From Thermoplasmatales archaeon SW_10_69_26 (GTDB lineage Archaea; Thermoplasmatota; SW-10-69-26): a stretch of DNA of 64,000 nucleotides. Both the position numbers and the translations under genes were made by a program. The stretch is from positions 14,205-78,204 of the forward strand of contig PXUB01000025.1 of the NCBI GenBank assembly GCA_003009755.1. The letters are read 5' to 3'. Positions 10,235 through 19,901 of the stretch are shown here, one piece after another. A model generated the notes under the pieces. It had not been told where the DNA came from and did no database searches. It worked only from the letters and a program-made list of their open reading frames with translations. Within the stretch, counting starts at the first letter, position 1; the number at the start of each line of letters is the position of its first letter.

Positions 10235-10558
10235 TTAGATCCCGCCCGGCAGCTCCGGCAGCGACTTGCTCTTCTTGACGTACTCCTTGCACTGGTCGAG
10301 GTGCTGGAGGAGCGCTTTGCGCTGGAAGCCCTCCTCGACCTCGTCCTGCAGCACGGCCTCGGCCTCGTTGGCGGAGGTGATCGCGCCGGCCGTGTTGCCC
10401 AGCGCCGCGTCGCGGTGGACCTCGGCGACGAGCAACAGCGAGCGCGCCAGCGCGTCGTTCTCCTCCTCCCAGGCCTCCCGCAGCTCGTCGTCCTGCGTCG
10501 CCCGCTGGTAGTTGCCGGACTCCATGTTCTCCAGGTAGTCGACAGATGGGACGGACAC
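10235..10558 (-). CDS. Small helical protein, weakly DUF309-like
   Basis: LREAWEEE...ARSLLLVAEVHRDAALGNTAGA...AEAVL pattern; acidic, good codon bias. Confidence 0.55.
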   Translation of the reverse strand: MSVPSVDYLENMESGNYQRATQDDELREAWEEENDALARSLLLVAEVHRDAALGNTAGAITSANEAEAVLQDEVEEGFQRKALLQHLDQCKEYVKKSKSLPELPGGI

Positions 10559-10811
10559 GGCGTCGGCGAAGGCAACACGAGGGGGATGAGGGTTTCGGGC
10601 GCCCCCGCTGGCCGGCGGGTTCGTTCAAGCGCTCGTGGCAAAGCTTAAGACGACTTGCGTGCAAGGATGGTGTGTCGAGGGAGTCGCCGTCTGTACCTCC
10701 CTGCCTCCCAACAGCCTCCCAAGCCTCCCAGCCTGTTGGCGGCTCCCTCACCCTCCTTCCTTCTTCGACGGCTACCTTCGGTGTAGCACCGATGGCCGAG
10801 ATCGGTGAGCC

Positions 10812-13800
10812 TCAGCTCGCGCCAGCTTGCTCGTGCGGTTCGGTCGACCAGGGGTCGTAGCGGGCCTCGCCCTCGATGTCGTCGCAGTCGGCGTGATCGG
10901 GGCCCTCCGAGCAGCCCCACCAGTTGTGGCGGGCGTCCGGCGTGGGTCCATCCTGGGTGTCGTCGACGAGCCCCACGTCGTTGCCGACGATGTCGTTGCG
11001 GTGCACCTCCTCGCCGGCGCCGGTCTCGGCGAGCACGATCGCTTCCTCGTTGCCGGTCAGGCGGTTGTGGACGAGGCGGTTGGCCTGCTGGTCACCATCC
11101 AGCCAGATCCCCTGCTCGGCGCCATCGATCGTGTTGTTGTGGATCCGGCTCGCGGCCGCATCCTCGGCCACGAGCGCTCGCTGGCCCTCCTCCAGCCGTG
11201 AGCCCTGGATCGTCGAGGCGGTCAGGGCGTCGGCGTGGATCCCGATCGCGTTGCCTTCGGCGTGAAGCCCGGCGAGGTGGGCGTCGACGGCGTCGGACAG
11301 CTCGATCCCGACCGTCGCGTTGCGCACGGTGACGTTCTCGATGCGCAGTCCCTCGCTGGCGAGCACCTGCACCGGAGCGGCCACCTCCTCGAAGACCGCG
11401 CCGGTCAGCGTGACGTTGGTCGCGTCCGCGAGGAGAAGCTGGCCCACGGGGCCCTCGATCTCGCGGCCCTCGACCCCGGATCGGAGGATCAGCGGCTCGC
11501 CGGCGACCGTGTCGCCGGTGGCCTGATCGGTCCCCCTCAGCGTGGCTTCGTCCAGGTCGACGCCCGTGGAGAAGGCGTTGCCGCTCAGGGCCAACCCGTC
11601 CGTCGAACGTGCCTGGAGCCCCGAGAGCTGGCTGTCCACCTCGTTGTCGATCAACGTCGGTGCAGAGGCACCGGCCAGCCGGATGCCGACGTCACCGCCG
11701 GTGATCCGGTTGGCTTCGAGGTGGGGCTGCTCGACGCCGCGCAGGCGGGCGCCGGTGGCCGCCTCGAGCTGGCTGTCCTCGAGGGTCAGACCGCGGCCAT
11801 CCTCGACGGTCAGGCCGCGGTCCGCCTGCTCGACGGCCACCGCCTGCAGGCGGGCCGCGTCGACGTCGTTCAGGGCGATCCCGTCGAGGGCACCCTCGAC
11901 CGTCACGCGCGTCAGCTCGGGGGCTCGGCTCCGCTCGAAGAGGAGGCCGGCCGCGTCGGCGGACAGGTTGGTGTCGGTGACGGTAGCGGCGTCGGTCGAG
12001 CGGGCCAGCACGCCGACCGAGGCGTTCTCCACCTGGAAGCCCTCGACGGTCGTGTTGCCGGTGTCCGCGAGGACGAGTCCAGCCATCGCCTCGCTCACGC
12101 GGCCGTCGTGGATCCGCGTGCGCTGGCTGCCGTCGGCGACCAAGGCCACACCAGTGTCCGTCAGCGTCGGGGCCTGGACGGTCACGTCCTCGCTGGCGAG
12201 AACCTGGATCGGCTCCGTCACGTTCCCGATCGTCGGGCGTTGCACGGTCACGTTGGTCGCGTCGGCAAGGATCACCTGGCCGGCCGGCCGCTCGACGGTG
12301 GTGTCGGCTACGTCGAGGAGGTAGCGGACCGGTTCGCCGTTCACGGTGTTGTCGGCGATCGCGTGGCGGTGGTCGTCCTCGTCGTCGACGACGACGCTGA
12401 GGCCGGATCGCATCGCGTTGCCCGTGACGGTGGACGCCGTGGAGGTCCCCAGGGTCACGTCGCGGCGGTTGTCGGTGAGCGCGTTGTCGGTGACGGTCGT
12501 GCCGTTCGACCGCAACACGTAGATGCCGACGAAGGCGCTGCCGGACACGTCGTTGGCGTGGATCGTGGTCGAGGCCTCGGGGCCCTCGTCCCAGACGGTG
12601 AGTCCGTGCCAGTAGCTGTCCTCGATCGTGTTGGCCTCGATCGTGACCTCCTGGGCGTTCCCGTTCACGCCGATCCCGCCCCGGAACACGGATCGGGTGT
12701 GAGCGCCCCAGCCGTTGTGGCGGACGAGGTTGTCCTCGACGAGGACCGCCTCGCTGCGAGCGACGATCACACCGCTTCGGTCGTTGTCGAGGATGCGGTT
12801 GCTGCGGATCACGACTTCGTCGGCGCCGTTGGCCCAGACGCCGCTTCGCCCGTTGTTCGTCACCGTGTTGTTGCGGACGAGGATGTCGCGGCCGTGCTCG
12901 AGCTCGATGCCGCGGTTGTGGTTGCCGGTGAGCGTGTTGTTCTCGATGCGGACGCCCTCGGTCACGGTCTCGCCCTCGTAGGCTTCGATCGCGTCGTTGG
13001 AGCGGGTTACCACGTTGTCGCGGATCGCGATCGAGGACCCGGCCTCGAAAGAGACGCCGAACAGCGAGTTCTCGTCGATGTCGTTCCCGGTCACGAGCGT
13101 TCCCTGGGTCCCCTCGAGGCGCAGGCCGGACCGGAAGTCGTACAGGACGTTGTCGCGAACCTCGGTGTCCTCGGTCCCGAGGAGGTGGATGGCTCGCGAG
13201 GCGAACGAGGGGCCCTCGAGCAGCTCGTTGCCTTCGACCTCGGCGGCGGCCGTGTCGGCGACCCGGACCGCTGTGCCGTCGTAGTTGTGGAGGACGTTGG
13301 CGACGATCGCGGCCCCGTCGCTGTCGGTCACCTTGATCCCGTCATCCTTGGCCGCGGCGTTGGCCCGATCGTTCGGGGCTGACAGCTCGTTCCCACGCAC
13401 GGTCAGCCCGTAGGCCCCGCTGGCTTCGATCCCCTCGTTGGTCCACTTGATCGCGTTCGTCTCGACCGTGAGGTTGCGCGCCTGGTCGACGTCGACGCCG
13501 TGCTGGACGTCGTGGATGTGGTTGGCCCGAACGGTGACGTTGTCGGCGTCCTCGAGGTGGATCCCACGCTCCAGCTGGGTGAGGTCGTTTCCGCGGATGA
13601 TGACGTGGGCGCTGGTGTCGGCGAGGTGGATACCGGTGGTCCCCGTCCGGGCGCCGACCCAGAAGAAGGAGACGCTGGCTCGCCGGCCCTCGATGCACCA
13701 ACCCTCGATCACGTAGGGATCGTCCTCGGTGCCCTCACCGTCGACGACGCCGCTGCCGGGCCGGGGGACGTCGTCGCCCGCCGCGTTCTCGATGGCGAAG

Positions 13801-14168
13801 CCCGTGGGACCCTGGTCCCCGACGACGACGATCGGCGGATGCGATCGGCAGTCGGTCGCCGCCGATGGCGCCTGCAGACCCTCCTCATCTCGTTCCCCGA
13901 TCGGGTCCGCGTGGATCGAGGGAGCTTGCTCCCGAGGGGCCGAGCACGAGGAGGCGCAGCCGGGAGTGGGCGAGGCCGACGGAGGCTCGCAGGCGAGCGG
14001 TGCTCGCAGGCCAAGCACGCTGGGGGCGGGCGTCTGCGGGCAGCGTGAGCTCTCGCCCTCGGTCGGGGCCAGCCGGTCGGCGGTCCCCGGCGTTTCGCCG
14101 GCGGCCGGGGTCGCGGCGAACAGGAGAGCGAGCGCGAGCACGAGAGCGATCAGGAGCTTGCGAGTCAT
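10812..14168 (-). CDS. Secreted right-handed parallel beta-helix (NosD/pectin-lyase-like) protein
   Basis: Signal peptide MTRKLLIALVLALALL; many GIxL...xxNxI repeats; GTEDDPYVIEGW; C-terminal DARHNWWG; ATGA overlap with upstream gene. Confidence 0.88.
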   Translation of the reverse strand: MTRKLLIALVLALALLFAATPAAGETPGTADRLAPTEGESSRCPQTPAPSVLGLRAPLACEPPSASPTPGCASSCSAPREQAPSIHADPIGERDEEGLQAPSAATDCRSHPPIVVVGDQGPTGFAIENAAGDDVPRPGSGVVDGEGTEDDPYVIEGWCIEGRRASVSFFWVGARTGTTGIHLADTSAHVIIRGNDLTQLERGIHLEDADNVTVRANHIHDVQHGVDVDQARNLTVETNAIKWTNEGIEASGAYGLTVRGNELSAPNDRANAAAKDDGIKVTDSDGAAIVANVLHNYDGTAVRVADTAAAEVEGNELLEGPSFASRAIHLLGTEDTEVRDNVLYDFRSGLRLEGTQGTLVTGNDIDENSLFGVSFEAGSSIAIRDNVVTRSNDAIEAYEGETVTEGVRIENNTLTGNHNRGIELEHGRDILVRNNTVTNNGRSGVWANGADEVVIRSNRILDNDRSGVIVARSEAVLVEDNLVRHNGWGAHTRSVFRGGIGVNGNAQEVTIEANTIEDSYWHGLTVWDEGPEASTTIHANDVSGSAFVGIYVLRSNGTTVTDNALTDNRRDVTLGTSTASTVTGNAMRSGLSVVVDDEDDHRHAIADNTVNGEPVRYLLDVADTTVERPAGQVILADATNVTVQRPTIGNVTEPIQVLASEDVTVQAPTLTDTGVALVADGSQRTRIHDGRVSEAMAGLVLADTGNTTVEGFQVENASVGVLARSTDAATVTDTNLSADAAGLLFERSRAPELTRVTVEGALDGIALNDVDAARLQAVAVEQADRGLTVEDGRGLTLEDSQLEAATGARLRGVEQPHLEANRITGGDVGIRLAGASAPTLIDNEVDSQLSGLQARSTDGLALSGNAFSTGVDLDEATLRGTDQATGDTVAGEPLILRSGVEGREIEGPVGQLLLADATNVTLTGAVFEEVAAPVQVLASEGLRIENVTVRNATVGIELSDAVDAHLAGLHAEGNAIGIHADALTASTIQGSRLEEGQRALVAEDAAASRIHNNTIDGAEQGIWLDGDQQANRLVHNRLTGNEEAIVLAETGAGEEVHRNDIVGNDVGLVDDTQDGPTPDARHNWWGCSEGPDHADCDDIEGEARYDPWSTEPHEQAGAS

Positions 14169-15490
14169 GGGGAACCACCTCCAAGACCGGCACAAGCGAC
14201 CGCCTTCGCAGGCGCGAACACGTAGGCGCTGCCGGCCTCGAACCCGTTGGCGTTGTTCTTCCCGGGTTCGCCGACGAGGACGCGCTCGTCGTCGATCGCG
14301 GCCTGCCAGGAGGTCGAGGCCCCGTCGGCGGCGCGCAGCTTGGATCTCTGCTCCCAGCCGTCCTCGCCGTCGGCGAAGACGTAGCCGGCGCCGGCGCGGG
14401 GACCGAGGGCCCGATCCGCGAGGCGCGTGTGGGGGTTACCGGCGCCGACGACGGCGCGATCCCCATCGAGGGCCACCGAGGTGCCCAGGGCCTCGTCTTC
14501 GTTCCCGTCCTCGGCCAGGAGTTTGGCCTGCGCTGCCCACCCAGCGGTCTCCCGGGTGAAGACGTGAGCGGCGCCGGCTTCCGGGGCCTTCTCGCCGTCT
14601 CCGGCTTCGCCGACGAGAGCTGTGTCGCCGTGGAGCGCAACGGCCGATCCGAAGAAGGTGCCTCCGTCCGTGTCGGGGGAGACCAGCTCGGTCGCACGCT
14701 GCCAGCCGTCCGCGGTGCGCTCGTAGACGAAGGCCTTGCCGGCGTACGTTTGACCGTCGACGTCGGCGGACGAGTCCCCGACGAGCGCGGTGTCCCCGTC
14801 GATGGAGAAGCTGGTTCCGAAGCTATCGGCACCGTTGTCCAGGTGGGCCGCCTCGAGCCAGACGCCGGAGGCGTGTTGCTCGAGCACGTGAACCGACGAA
14901 GACGAGTAGGCATCGCGGGAACCGACCAGGATCGTATCCCCGTCGACGTCGACGTCCTGTCCGATGCGAGCGGAGCCGTCCGTAGCCACGGACACGCGAG
15001 CCTGTTGCGTCCAGTCGCCGGACGCTTGGCGCTCGAACACGAACACGGCCCCTCGACGGTCGTCTCCGACATGGCCGGGCGCTCCGACCACGAGGCGATC
15101 GCCGTCGAGGGCGAGGTCCTGGCCGAAATGCGAGCCGCTGTGGCTCCAGGCCGGTTGGATCTTCGCCGCTTCGACCCAGCCTCTCCTGTCCGTGTGTTCG
15201 TACATGTACACGGCCCCGGCGTCCTCACCGTCGGCGTCGTCAGCGTAGGGGGCTCCCACGAGGGCTCGGTCGTCCTGGATGGCCAGCCCCGTCCCGAAGC
15301 GGTCGCCCTCGTCGTGGAAGGCGAGCGGGGACTGGCCCTCGCCGTCGCTGGCCATGAGGGTCCCCTCTTGGACGTAGTCGTCCTGGACGGAGGCCTGCAC
15401 GAGGGGGACGGTGGCGACGGTGGCCAGCAGCCCCGCGATCACTGCAGCAAGGAGAGCGTACCTCTGGCTGGCATCACGGCTTCCCACCAC
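14165..15490 (-). CDS. Secreted FG-GAP repeat beta-propeller protein
   Basis: Repeated FGxxxAxDGDxALVGAP...GAVYVF units; N-terminal signal. Confidence 0.9.
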   Translation of the reverse strand: MVGSRDASQRYALLAAVIAGLLATVATVPLVQASVQDDYVQEGTLMASDGEGQSPLAFHDEGDRFGTGLAIQDDRALVGAPYADDADGEDAGAVYMYEHTDRRGWVEAAKIQPAWSHSGSHFGQDLALDGDRLVVGAPGHVGDDRRGAVFVFERQASGDWTQQARVSVATDGSARIGQDVDVDGDTILVGSRDAYSSSSVHVLEQHASGVWLEAAHLDNGADSFGTSFSIDGDTALVGDSSADVDGQTYAGKAFVYERTADGWQRATELVSPDTDGGTFFGSAVALHGDTALVGEAGDGEKAPEAGAAHVFTRETAGWAAQAKLLAEDGNEDEALGTSVALDGDRAVVGAGNPHTRLADRALGPRAGAGYVFADGEDGWEQRSKLRAADGASTSWQAAIDDERVLVGEPGKNNANGFEAGSAYVFAPAKAVACAGLGGGSP

Positions 15491-15606
15491 GCGACTGGCT
15501 TCTCGCCGATGCAGGCCTCCCGACCTCTCCCCGGAATGGTCTCACCCGATCCTAAACGTTTGGGTCGAGGTGCCAACGCGGAGGGCGGCGAGACGCCAGG
15601 TCAGGC

Positions 15607-16905
15607 TCACTTCGGCTGCTCGGTGCCCCACGTCTCGATGGCCTTGGCCGCCTCCTTGCTGTCCTGCGTGATGGCGTCCAGGCTGTCGCCGCGCATCGTT
15701 CCGTCGATTACGTCGCGCAGGGCTTTGGCGCCGGCGGTGGAGCCGTCGGGGTGGCCGTGGATGCCGCCGCCGAGCTGGATGACGACGTCGGGCCCGTAGA
15801 GGTCGATCATGTCCGGCACGATTCCGGGGTGCAGGCCGCCGCTGGCGACCGGGAACGCCGGCTTGATCGAGCCCCAGTCCTGGCCGAGCAGGTTGTCGCG
15901 GGGATCGGTGTGGGCCTCGCGGAGCTGGTCCATGTTGGCGACGACCTCGTTCTCGGGGCTGACGAGCTTGCCGATGACGGTGCCGGTGTGGAGCTGGTCG
16001 ACGCCGACGAGGCGGAGCAGCTTCGCCAGGCAGTACATCGCCATGCCGTGGTCCTCGATCTTGGTGAACATCGCGTGCATGGCGCGGTGGGCGTGGATCG
16101 CCAGGTCGAGGTCGCCGGTGGCTTCGCGGATGGTTTGCAGGCCGGCGAACCCGGTCGTGACGACGTCCACCATCGCGTACTCGAACCCGTGCTCGGCCAC
16201 GAGGCGGGCTCGCTCGATCGCCTCGTTCGTCTCGGCGGTCACGTTGATCAACGCGGATTTGGTCTCGCCGGTCTCGGCCTCGGCGCGTTCGCGTTGGCGA
16301 GCCAGGTGCTCGACGCGTTTCGCGAAGTTGTTGAACGACTGGCTGGTGAGGTTCTCGTCGTCCTTGATCAGATCGACCCCGCCGACCCAGGCCTCGTAGC
16401 CGCGCTCGGCGTGCTGTTCGGGGGTCCAGCCGAGCTTGGGTTTGGGGACGGTCGCCGTCGGCGGGCGCTCGGGGATCCCCAGCTCGTCCCGGATGCCCTC
16501 GATGCCGAGGTGGGGGCCGGGGTGAGCCTCGCGGATCTCCTGGGGGATGCGAAGATCCAGCAGGCGCAGGCGGGCGACGGCCTTCATGCCGAAGATGTTG
16601 CCGGCGACGCCGCTGAGGATCTGGGGGACGTTGGCGGCTTCCCACAGCTCGACGGGGTAGCGGACCTTGCAGGTGCCGGCCTCCTCGTCCCAGTCGTAGC
16701 ACATCGCCTTCAGGTCGGGCACGCGATCCGGCATCTGGGCCAGCGTCGTCCACGTGCCCACGCTGGATTCGCTGGCGATGCGGCCGAGCGCCTCGAGCGT
16801 GCTGGTGTCCTCGTCCGGTGTGAACGAGAACAGGGCCAACAGGTCCCCATCACGCGGCTCCGCGTCCCGGTCCACGAACTCGTCGTACCACTCGGTCCCG
16901 GCCAT
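15607..16905 (-). CDS. rbcL: Form III ribulose-1,5-bisphosphate carboxylase
   Basis: ESSVGTW, GNIFGMK, KPKLG, GVDLIKDDENL, HAHRAMH, LHTGT-VIGKL, VASGGLHPG, GGGIHGHP all present. Confidence 0.95.
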   Translation of the reverse strand: MAGTEWYDEFVDRDAEPRDGDLLALFSFTPDEDTSTLEALGRIASESSVGTWTTLAQMPDRVPDLKAMCYDWDEEAGTCKVRYPVELWEAANVPQILSGVAGNIFGMKAVARLRLLDLRIPQEIREAHPGPHLGIEGIRDELGIPERPPTATVPKPKLGWTPEQHAERGYEAWVGGVDLIKDDENLTSQSFNNFAKRVEHLARQRERAEAETGETKSALINVTAETNEAIERARLVAEHGFEYAMVDVVTTGFAGLQTIREATGDLDLAIHAHRAMHAMFTKIEDHGMAMYCLAKLLRLVGVDQLHTGTVIGKLVSPENEVVANMDQLREAHTDPRDNLLGQDWGSIKPAFPVASGGLHPGIVPDMIDLYGPDVVIQLGGGIHGHPDGSTAGAKALRDVIDGTMRGDSLDAITQDSKEAAKAIETWGTEQPK

Positions 16906-17087
16906 GCGTCCATCTACGGGGTTCGCGCCTTTTGCGAGTGTCGGTGGCGGAACGGGCCCCGACCCGGCCCGAGCCCTCGAAAGGAGCTCTCCAAGCCATC
17001 CCTCGGAGGGACAGAGCCCAGCTGCGCGAGAGCGCCAGGACCCTCGGGGACAGGTTTATCCGCTGGGGTATCCCAAAAGGGGAGCGT

Positions 17088-18749
17088 ATGGATTCTGGCG
17101 GTCTCACTCTTTCTTGTCAGTTCATCGACCTCGATCTCGGGGGGAACCAGGTCGTCCTCCACGCCGACGACGCCGAGGAGATCGGGGTTCACCCTCAGCA
17201 CCGCGTGCACGTCCGGTTCGGCGACGAGAGCTTGGTCGCCGTCGTCGACACGACCTCCTCGGTCGTGGAGCCCGGTCGGATCGGGGTCTTCCCCGGCGTG
17301 GCCGACGACCTGGGCCTGGAAGCGGATGCCCAGCTCGAGGTGCAGCCGGCCGAGAAGCCCGAAAGCGTCGAGTTCATCCGGAAGAAGATGAACGGGCGCG
17401 AGCTCGACACCGACGAGATCGCGCGCCTCGTCGAGGACATGGTGCAGGGCTCGTTGACCGACATCGAGCTGTCGGCCTACGTGACCAGCGTCGAGATCCA
17501 CGACATGAACATCCGGGAGACGACGGACCTGACCCGGTCGATGGTGGAGACCGGCGAGGTCATCGACTTCCACGACCCGATGATCTTCGACAAGCACAGC
17601 ATCGGGGGCGTGCCCGGGAACAAGATCACGCTGCTCGTCGTGCCGATCGCCGCCGCGGCCGGTCTGCCGATCCCGAAGACCAGCTCGCGCGCGATCACCG
17701 GCGCGGCTGGCACCAGCGACGTGATGGAGGTCTTCTGCGACGTCAAGCTCACCGCCGAGCGGATCCGTTCGATCACGAACGACGTCGGCGGCGTCATGGC
17801 CTGGGGCGGCGCGGTCAACCTCGCCCCGGCCGACGACATCATCATCCGCGTCGAGCACCCCCTCTCGCTGGATCCGCGCTCGCTTCTACTGGCCAGCGTG
17901 ATGGCGAAGAAGCGGGCGGTCGGCGCCAAGCACGTCGTCATCGACATCCCGATGGGCCCCGGCTCGAAGATCGCGACGATGGAGGAGGCCAAGAGCCTGG
18001 CGCGGGACTTCATCGCGCTCGGCGACCGGCTCGGCATGCAGGTCGAGTGCGCGATCACCTACGGTGGCCAGCCCGTCGGCAAAACCGTCGGCCCCGCCCT
18101 CGAGGCCAACGAGGCGCTGCGCGCGCTGCGCGGCGACCCCGACGTGCCCGAGAGCTTCACGAAGAAGGCCACCGCGATCGCGGGCATCCTGCTCGAGATG
18201 GGCGGCCTGGCCCGCCGCGGGCGGGGCCAACAGGAGGCCCAGCGCCTGCTCGAGGACGGCTCGGCGCTCGAGACGTTCTCCGAGATCGTGCAGGCTCAAG
18301 GCGGCCCCGAGCCCGAGCTGCAACCGGTGGGCGACCACACGTGGGAGCTCGTCGCCGACAAGGACGGCTACGTCGCCGGCGTCGGGAACCGCGACATCGT
18401 GGCGATCACGCGCAGCCTGGGGGCGCCCAAGGTCAAGGGCGCCGGCGTCGAGCTGCCGAAGAAGGAGGGCGACAGCGTCGAGGAGGGCGAGACGCTGCTC
18501 AAGCTGTACGCCGAGTCCGAGTACAAGCTCGAGGCCGCCCGCAAGCTCGCGACGTCGAAGGACCCGGTCACCGTCGAGGGTATGCTGTTGGAGCGCGTCC
18601 CCGAGTTCCGTGAGATCGGTGACGAGCCCAGCGGACCCGGGCCCGACCCGTCCGCGGACGGCAACGGCGGGATCCGTCAGGTAGCGCCGGAGGCCGACGA
18701 CGACAACGAAGCGGACACCGAGGCCGAGACGGCCGCCGACGGCAGCTGA
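17088..18749 (+). CDS. deoA: AMP phosphorylase (archaeal thymidine phosphorylase family)
   Basis: N-terminal barrel extension, DKHSIGGVPGNK, PKTSSRAITGAAGT, NLAPADD; divergent from RuBisCO. Confidence 0.93.
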   Translation: MDSGGLTLSCQFIDLDLGGNQVVLHADDAEEIGVHPQHRVHVRFGDESLVAVVDTTSSVVEPGRIGVFPGVADDLGLEADAQLEVQPAEKPESVEFIRKKMNGRELDTDEIARLVEDMVQGSLTDIELSAYVTSVEIHDMNIRETTDLTRSMVETGEVIDFHDPMIFDKHSIGGVPGNKITLLVVPIAAAAGLPIPKTSSRAITGAAGTSDVMEVFCDVKLTAERIRSITNDVGGVMAWGGAVNLAPADDIIIRVEHPLSLDPRSLLLASVMAKKRAVGAKHVVIDIPMGPGSKIATMEEAKSLARDFIALGDRLGMQVECAITYGGQPVGKTVGPALEANEALRALRGDPDVPESFTKKATAIAGILLEMGGLARRGRGQQEAQRLLEDGSALETFSEIVQAQGGPEPELQPVGDHTWELVADKDGYVAGVGNRDIVAITRSLGAPKVKGAGVELPKKEGDSVEEGETLLKLYAESEYKLEAARKLATSKDPVTVEGMLLERVPEFREIGDEPSGPGPDPSADGNGGIRQVAPEADDDNEADTEAETAADGS

Positions 18750-18796
18750 CCGCGCCGGACGTTCAGCTTCATGTAGGGGACGCTTGCTCGGCCCCC

Positions 18797-19111
18797 GTGG
18801 TCCTGTGCTGGGTCCTGTGGGGGTTCATCGCCGCCGCCAACGTCGGCGGCTACGTCGCCACGAGCTACGACAAGCGCGCCGCCCGCCTCTCCAGCCGGGC
18901 GAACCCGCCCGACCGGATCCCAGAGAAGCTGTTGTGGGCGCTGGCTGCCTTCGGCGGGTTCCCGGCGATGATCTACGCCATGCACCGTGTGCGGCACAAG
19001 ACCCGCAAGAAGCGGTTCCTCCTCGTCTTCTTCACGGCCGCCTTCGTGTCCACGATCGTGTGGGCTGGCTGGCTGTCGGTCACCGGGTGCCTGCCCTACG
19101 AGCTGTTCTAG
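18797..19111 (+). CDS. DUF1294 family membrane protein
   Basis: YDKRAA...RIPEKLLWALAAFGG...RHKTRKKRF signature. Confidence 0.85.
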   Translation: MVLCWVLWGFIAAANVGGYVATSYDKRAARLSSRANPPDRIPEKLLWALAAFGGFPAMIYAMHRVRHKTRKKRFLLVFFTAAFVSTIVWAGWLSVTGCLPYELF

Positions 19112-19211
19112 GCTGCCGGTCTTAGTCAGCTTGAGCTCTCGCGCCGGTCTGAGCGTTTCCACCGCCTGAGGCCGATCGAGAGCTGAACCCAAGCACAGCC
19201 GGCAGTCTGGG

Positions 19212-19783
19212 TCAAAGCTGCGGCAGCTGGCCCTCGATCGCCAGCCAGTGCAGACCGGAGAGGACGAGGACGCCGATCGCCAGCAGCCAGTGCACGATCC
19301 GCCACCGCATGCGACCCCAACGATCCTCGAAGTAGGGCCGCCACCACCCGGTGACGAAGAGCGCGAGCAGGTAGACGGTGGCAATCGCGCCCGACAACCA
19401 GCCCACGAACTCCGCCAACAGCACGAGCTCGACCGTGTGGAGCAAAGCAAGGCCCAGGGCCACCGTCGACGTCCAGATGTGGATGTCGATACGCCACCGT
19501 CGTAGGAGCCGGATCGGTCGGGTCAAGGCGACCCGGTCCGGGCCCAGCCGAGGAAGAAGGTCCCGGCGATCAAGCCCAGCGAGCCCCAGCCGGCCCAGCC
19601 CCCGCCGATCTCCTCCAACAGATCCTCCTCTTCGCCGCCAGCGGCCTCCTCCTCGCCGTCTGCGACCATGCCGAGCCCCGCGCCGATCAGGCTGGCGGCG
19701 ACGACCACGATCGCCGCGATGGCGAGGGACCGGTCCGTCTGACGGCCAGCGTGGTCACGATCCTCGGAGCTCGCGGCGGCCAT
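19212..19783 (-). pseudogene. Heme-b-binding (ferric reductase/cytochrome b-like) membrane protein, frameshifted near 19530
   Basis: ORFs 19523..19813 and 19212..19526 join into one TM protein with a 1-nt shift; two H-x13-H pairs (IHIW...LLH, VHWL...GLH). Confidence 0.6.
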
Positions 19784-19901
19784 CGGCGGCATCGAGAGGT
19801 CACCGACCGGCAAGAACGTTGCGATGGTGGCGGACGGCGTCGCTGCTGCGAGGGGCGGGGACGATGGACAGATTCAACTCCGACGCTCGTCTTGGGCCCT
19901 C

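Noticed and set aside
10700-10735. GCCTCCCA repeated three times
   Set aside because: Short low-complexity intergenic tract without spacer structure or supporting context
15607-16905. Calvin-cycle autotrophy
   Set aside because: Form III enzyme linked to AMP phosphorylase, with no phosphoribulokinase or small subunit in the window; nucleoside salvage is the simpler explanation
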